Of a stretch of DNA of 22,012 nt, positions 19,754 to 22,012 are shown piece by piece. The position numbers and the translations under genes were made by a program. Position 1 is the stretch's first letter; each line of letters begins with the position of its first letter. The notes under the pieces are model-generated. The model was given only the letters and a program-made list of their open reading frames with translations. It made no database searches and was not told where the DNA came from. This DNA is from Nematocida ausubeli (lineage: Eukaryota), in assembly GCF_000738915.1 (NCBI RefSeq), contig NW_026515640.1, forward strand, positions 62,001 through 84,012. Reading direction: 5' to 3'.

Positions 19754-19825
19754 TGTTGCCAACTAAGAAAACTAAAGATAAAAATTTATTTAAAATTACT
19801 ACTATATATAGAGCCACTGGCAACA
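19754..19825 (-). repeat. 5' LTR (72 bp)
   Basis: Identical to 15847-15918. The sense strand carries a TATA-like CTATATATAG and AATAAA. Confidence 0.96.
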
Positions 19826-19830
19826 TTATT

Positions 19831-19890
19831 TGTTGTCGACAAGAAAACTGAAAATAAATTTATTTGAAATTACTAGTATATAGACTAACA
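19831..19890 (-). repeat. Diverged solo-LTR-like copy (60 bp) abutting the TSD
   Basis: TGTTGTCGACAAGAAAACTGAAAATAAATTTATTTGAAATTACTAGTATATAGACTAACA aligns end to end with the LTR and keeps TGTT...AACA termini. Confidence 0.75.
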
Positions 19891-20425
19891 ATAAGAAATA
19901 TTTGACTAAGATCCTGTTATATTTGGACATATCCTTAGGATATATCTTGATAATCACGACTAATTAACCAATCTTGTGCTAATAGAAGTATTCAACTACA
20001 TTGCAAGTGAATTGATTTAATTACCAATTAGATTCTCATAGTGCCCCTGTGTACTTTGTTGGATGAAAATACTGGTTAATTAAAGAATGCTCATAATGGA
20101 TCTTATTGGTCATGGAAATTAGCATATAAATGGGAAATTAAGAAGGCAACAAGTATGTTAGCTGTGGGACTATAAGGTTCTCATAATTAGGGTTATTTTT
20201 ATGTTAATTTATCCGTAAAATATATATATACTTACAGTGCATTAAAGCAAGAACTGCTGCCTTCTAAGGGTGTATATAAGTGATTTTATTTTGGTTTTTG
20301 AATAATCCGTTACTAAAATTAATAATTGGTTCATTTATATTCACTGATTATTTGTTGATCCAGAGTCTGTCTATTGGTGCATTTACCCCGTCCCGTATTA
20401 ATACGATTCAGCAGCAGAAAATCAA

Positions 20426-22012
20426 ATGAAGTCATCACTCTCATCAGATTCAGTTAAATTTCTGAGAGTTTTTTCAAAGAACCATTCAGTTCCAGAAAAA
20501 AGACGCACAAGATCAAAAGAAAAAGAAGAAGCAAAGTGCCTTTCAGAATTATCCAAATACTTAAAGGAACTATCACATCTAAGCCAAAAAGTACAAAGAA
20601 GAAGTATTTTATTACAAAGTGGTGCAAGCCAAATAGAATACATTTCATCATCAAAGGACCCAAAGATGCTCAGAAAAATCCTCAAACTAAAACTAACCCT
20701 TCTAACAGAAAGAAAAGACAGACTCCTTCAAGAAATATCAGATGTCTTCAGATATTTATCCAGCCAGAAAGTCCTTCTAGAAGGATCTAGTAGCAGTGGC
20801 AGCAGTATTTACGATGTAAGCAGTCTATTAGGAAGCAGTTCAAGCGCATTAGGAAGCAGTTCAAGCACTATTGAAAGAACTTTGTCTTCATCAAATTCAT
20901 CAAATTCTTCCAATTCATCAAGTTCTAGCCAATCTAGCCACTCATCTTCCAATTCATCAAGATCAAGACAATCTAGCCACTCATCTTCCTCTCCATTATC
21001 ACTCTCTTCACTCTTGCACTTGCAAAGTTCTCTTAACCATAAAGTACTTTTGCACTATTCAAGGTACAATAGTACTCTCTCTGAGATAGAAATATTGATC
21101 GAAGACTCATCAATCAGCAAGGCAGATAGGAAGATAATCTATTCTGTTTTATTTCCATCGTACTCTAATGATAGTCTTAGTATTCTTACAAAGGGTCTTA
21201 GGTCTATTTTCGGGTCACGTGTCTGCTCTGCCTCAAATTTCTGTAAGGAAATGATCCGTAAGAGTAGTTCATCAGAGATATATCTCTCTAATATGTCAGA
21301 TAGATTCGAGATATTTTCTTGTTATCTTTACTTCTTACGGCATAATTCACTCCTATCTTCCAGTTATATATTCGGGGTAGCAAGCACTTTATGCTATTCC
21401 TTATACAGTACCACACAATTACCACTGCCTACAGTACTAAGTATATTGCTAGTAAGTGGATTAGGAATAGTTTTATTCGGATGGTCATCATTTGCAGTGA
21501 TAAATGTATTCTTCAGGTGGACACTAGGACAAAGTATCATAAGTGATGGGTCTAGCCTTTCTAGTAGTAGTGGGTCTAGCTTATCAGATTCTAGTCTGTC
21601 TAGTAGTAGTAGATTGTCTAGTAGTTCCAGTAGTCTGTCTAGTAGTAACAGTGGAAGTAGTAGTAAATTATCTAGTAGTAATGGAAGTAGTTCTAGTAGT
21701 AGTCTGTCTAGTAGTAGTAGTAACAAATTATCTAGTTCTAATAGTAACAAGCCATCTAGTAGTCTATCTAGTAGTAGTAGATTGTCTAGTAGTAACAAAT
21801 TATCTAGTAGTCTATCTAGTAGTCTGTCTAGTATCCTGTCTAGTAGTTCTAGTAGTAGTAGTAACAGAAATAGTTTATTCAGCAGCAGTAGTAAACCATC
21901 TAGTAGTAGTTCTAGCAATATTTTGTCTAGTAGTCTACCTAGTAGTCTATCTAGTAGTAGTAGTAAACCATCTAGTTCTAGCAGTAGTAAACCATCTAGT
22001 TCTAGCAGTAGT
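20426..22012 (+). CDS. Serine-rich hypothetical membrane protein, 3'-truncated by the window (at least 529 aa; absent from the ORF track)
   Basis: Manual translation from the ATG at 20426 (MKSSLSSDSVKFLRVF...) has no stop before the window end. It has a coiled-coil-like N-terminus, a Ser tract, a hydrophobic block near 21360-21510, then poly-Ser repeats. Confidence 0.8.
   Translation, partial: MKSSLSSDSVKFLRVFSKNHSVPEKRRTRSKEKEEAKCLSELSKYLKELSHLSQKVQRRSILLQSGASQIEYISSSKDPKMLRKILKLKLTLLTERKDRLLQEISDVFRYLSSQKVLLEGSSSSGSSIYDVSSLLGSSSSALGSSSSTIERTLSSSNSSNSSNSSSSSQSSHSSSNSSRSRQSSHSSSSPLSLSSLLHLQSSLNHKVLLHYSRYNSTLSEIEILIEDSSISKADRKIIYSVLFPSYSNDSLSILTKGLRSIFGSRVCSASNFCKEMIRKSSSSEIYLSNMSDRFEIFSCYLYFLRHNSLLSSSYIFGVASTLCYSLYSTTQLPLPTVLSILLVSGLGIVLFGWSSFAVINVFFRWTLGQSIISDGSSLSSSSGSSLSDSSLSSSSRLSSSSSSLSSSNSGSSSKLSSSNGSSSSSSLSSSSSNKLSSSNSNKPSSSLSSSSRLSSSNKLSSSLSSSLSSILSSSSSSSSNRNSLFSSSSKPSSSSSSNILSSSLPSSLSSSSSKPSSSSSSKPSSSSSS

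Larger units (their letters stand above)
15847..19825 (-). mobile_element. Full-length Ty3/Gypsy-type LTR retroelement (3,979 bp) with pol upstream of gag
   Basis: Identical 72-bp LTRs, TTATT duplicated at 15842-15846 and 19826-19830, PBS, PPT, RT-RH-IN domain order and a downstream gag-like ORF. Confidence 0.95.

Noticed and set aside
15847..19825. Reading the element as a DNA transposon, a DIRS element or two nested elements
   Set aside because: Direct LTRs, DDE integrase, PBS/PPT and a single TSD fit one LTR element, and no internal LTR lies between pol and gag.
21394..21918. Minus-strand Leu-rich 174-aa ORF that superficially resembles an LRR
   Set aside because: It is the antisense shadow of the poly-Ser repeats in the longer + strand ORF.

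Overview
Eukaryotic, intron-poor, AT-rich DNA that looks microsporidian (Nematocida-like; inferred from reduced proteins and spacers of 15-36 bp). It holds tight clusters of housekeeping genes: MscS-like channel, proteasome beta1 and beta7, Erf4/GOLGA7-like, eIF2-beta, profilin-like, TAP42-like, Sec22, Rrp8, PDCD5-like, a PWI-CCCH protein and three hypothetical membrane proteins. The clusters are separated by degenerate minisatellites. The main feature is a complete, recently inserted 3,979-bp Ty3/Gypsy-type LTR retroelement on the minus strand (15847-19825) with identical 72-bp LTRs, a TTATT target-site duplication, a PBS and a PPT. Its gene order is inverted: RT-RNaseH-integrase comes first and the gag-like CCHC ORF follows it, joined by an ATGA stop/start overlap. 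No protease is visible. Also found: a box C/D snoRNA outside the ORF track predicted to guide the LSU rRNA P-loop Gm (E. coli G2251 equivalent), two older LTR-like relics, a recurrent intergenic 9-mer ATAACCCGA, and a long Ser-rich ORF missed by the ORF track.
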